Source: Candidatus Micrarchaeota archaeon
GTDB lineage: Archaea > Micrarchaeota > Micrarchaeia > Anstonellales > Bilamarchaeaceae
Length of the DNA: 25,347 bases
Reading direction: 5' to 3'
Assembly (NCBI GenBank): GCA_043812915.1
Contig: JBDRLQ010000014.1
Span: 1 to 25,347, forward strand
Shown here: positions 24,973-25,347 of the stretch, piece after piece
Layout: each line of letters begins with the position of its first letter
Position numbering within the stretch: the first letter of the stretch is position 1
Notes under the pieces: model-generated
What the model saw: only the letters and a program-made list of their open reading frames with translations
The model's database searches: none
What the model was told of the DNA's origin: nothing
Position numbers and translations under genes: made by a program

Positions 24973-25347
24973 TCACTCCTCTTTTATAAATTCGAAAACG
25001 CAGGAATCGCACTTTCCGGTCGCCCGGCATTCCAACTCCCTTGAACGATAGCCTTTCTGACCTGCCCCCTGGATTACTCCGTTCATTATTCCCCGCAGAT
25101 AATGGCAGATTGGGGCCTTGCTCTTGCCCCGGGTCTTGAGATACTCTTCCGCAATAGGGGAATTCTTGGTTTTCACGACTATCCTTCCGAATCCCTTTGT
25201 CACCTCAACAATCTCTGTATCGCCCATCCCAGTCATTTTCAGCACTTCCCGTCCCATTTCAATGGAAGGGTCGCCTGTTTTACTCAGGCTCTTGAACATC
25301 GAGCGCAACTGGCCCTTCTTGTCATGGTATCTTGCCGAGCCGGTGAC
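24973..25347 (-). CDS. V4R-domain protein, 5' end beyond the window
   Basis: The frame stays open to base 25347. Motifs GMG, NSPIA, PICHYLRG and ELECRATG...C.F match the V4R Cys/Glu pattern. Confidence 0.88.
   Translation of the reverse strand, partial: VTGSARYHDKKGQLRSMFKSLSKTGDPSIEMGREVLKMTGMGDTEIVEVTKGFGRIVVKTKNSPIAEEYLKTRGKSKAPICHYLRGIMNGVIQGAGQKGYRSRELECRATGKCDSCVFEFIKEE

Noticed and set aside
1..25347. tRNA, rRNA, CRISPR arrays, transposases, integrases and defence systems
   Set aside because: By eye I found no cloverleaf, spaced direct repeats or matching protein motifs, and the intergenic gaps are all under about 150 nt.

Overview
Gene-dense archaeal chromosomal segment, mostly housekeeping. 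GGTGA/AGGAGG ribosome-binding sites, TTTA(T/A)A boxes about 25 nt before several start codons, Alba, eL15, Dph2 and an A1Ao ATP synthase establish an archaeal origin. Divergent sequences, an LLFGC lipobox and a class II HMG-CoA reductase suggest DPANN, probably Micrarchaeota, but this is inference. Gene order: partial glutaredoxin, ppsA, dph2, purC, Rpp30-like and rpl15e (minus), a complete ATP synthase operon (H-I-K-E-C-F-A-B-D), an acidic orphan, an unannotated 42-aa lipoprotein, a SIMPL protein, a YdjM-like hydrolase, two hypotheticals, HMG-CoA reductase, an AglH-like transferase, a nucleotidyltransferase, DUF92, alba, ABCE1, an Lrp regulator, a KaiC-like ATPase and a partial V4R protein. 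I saw no tRNA, rRNA, CRISPR array, intein or mobile element. No new system can be proven from the sequence alone. The best leads are an isoprenoid lipid-carrier cluster, an Lrp/KaiC/V4R module with a palindromic operator candidate, a structured eL15 leader, the acidic orphan sharing a promoter 13-mer with the ATP synthase operon, and the micro-lipoprotein.
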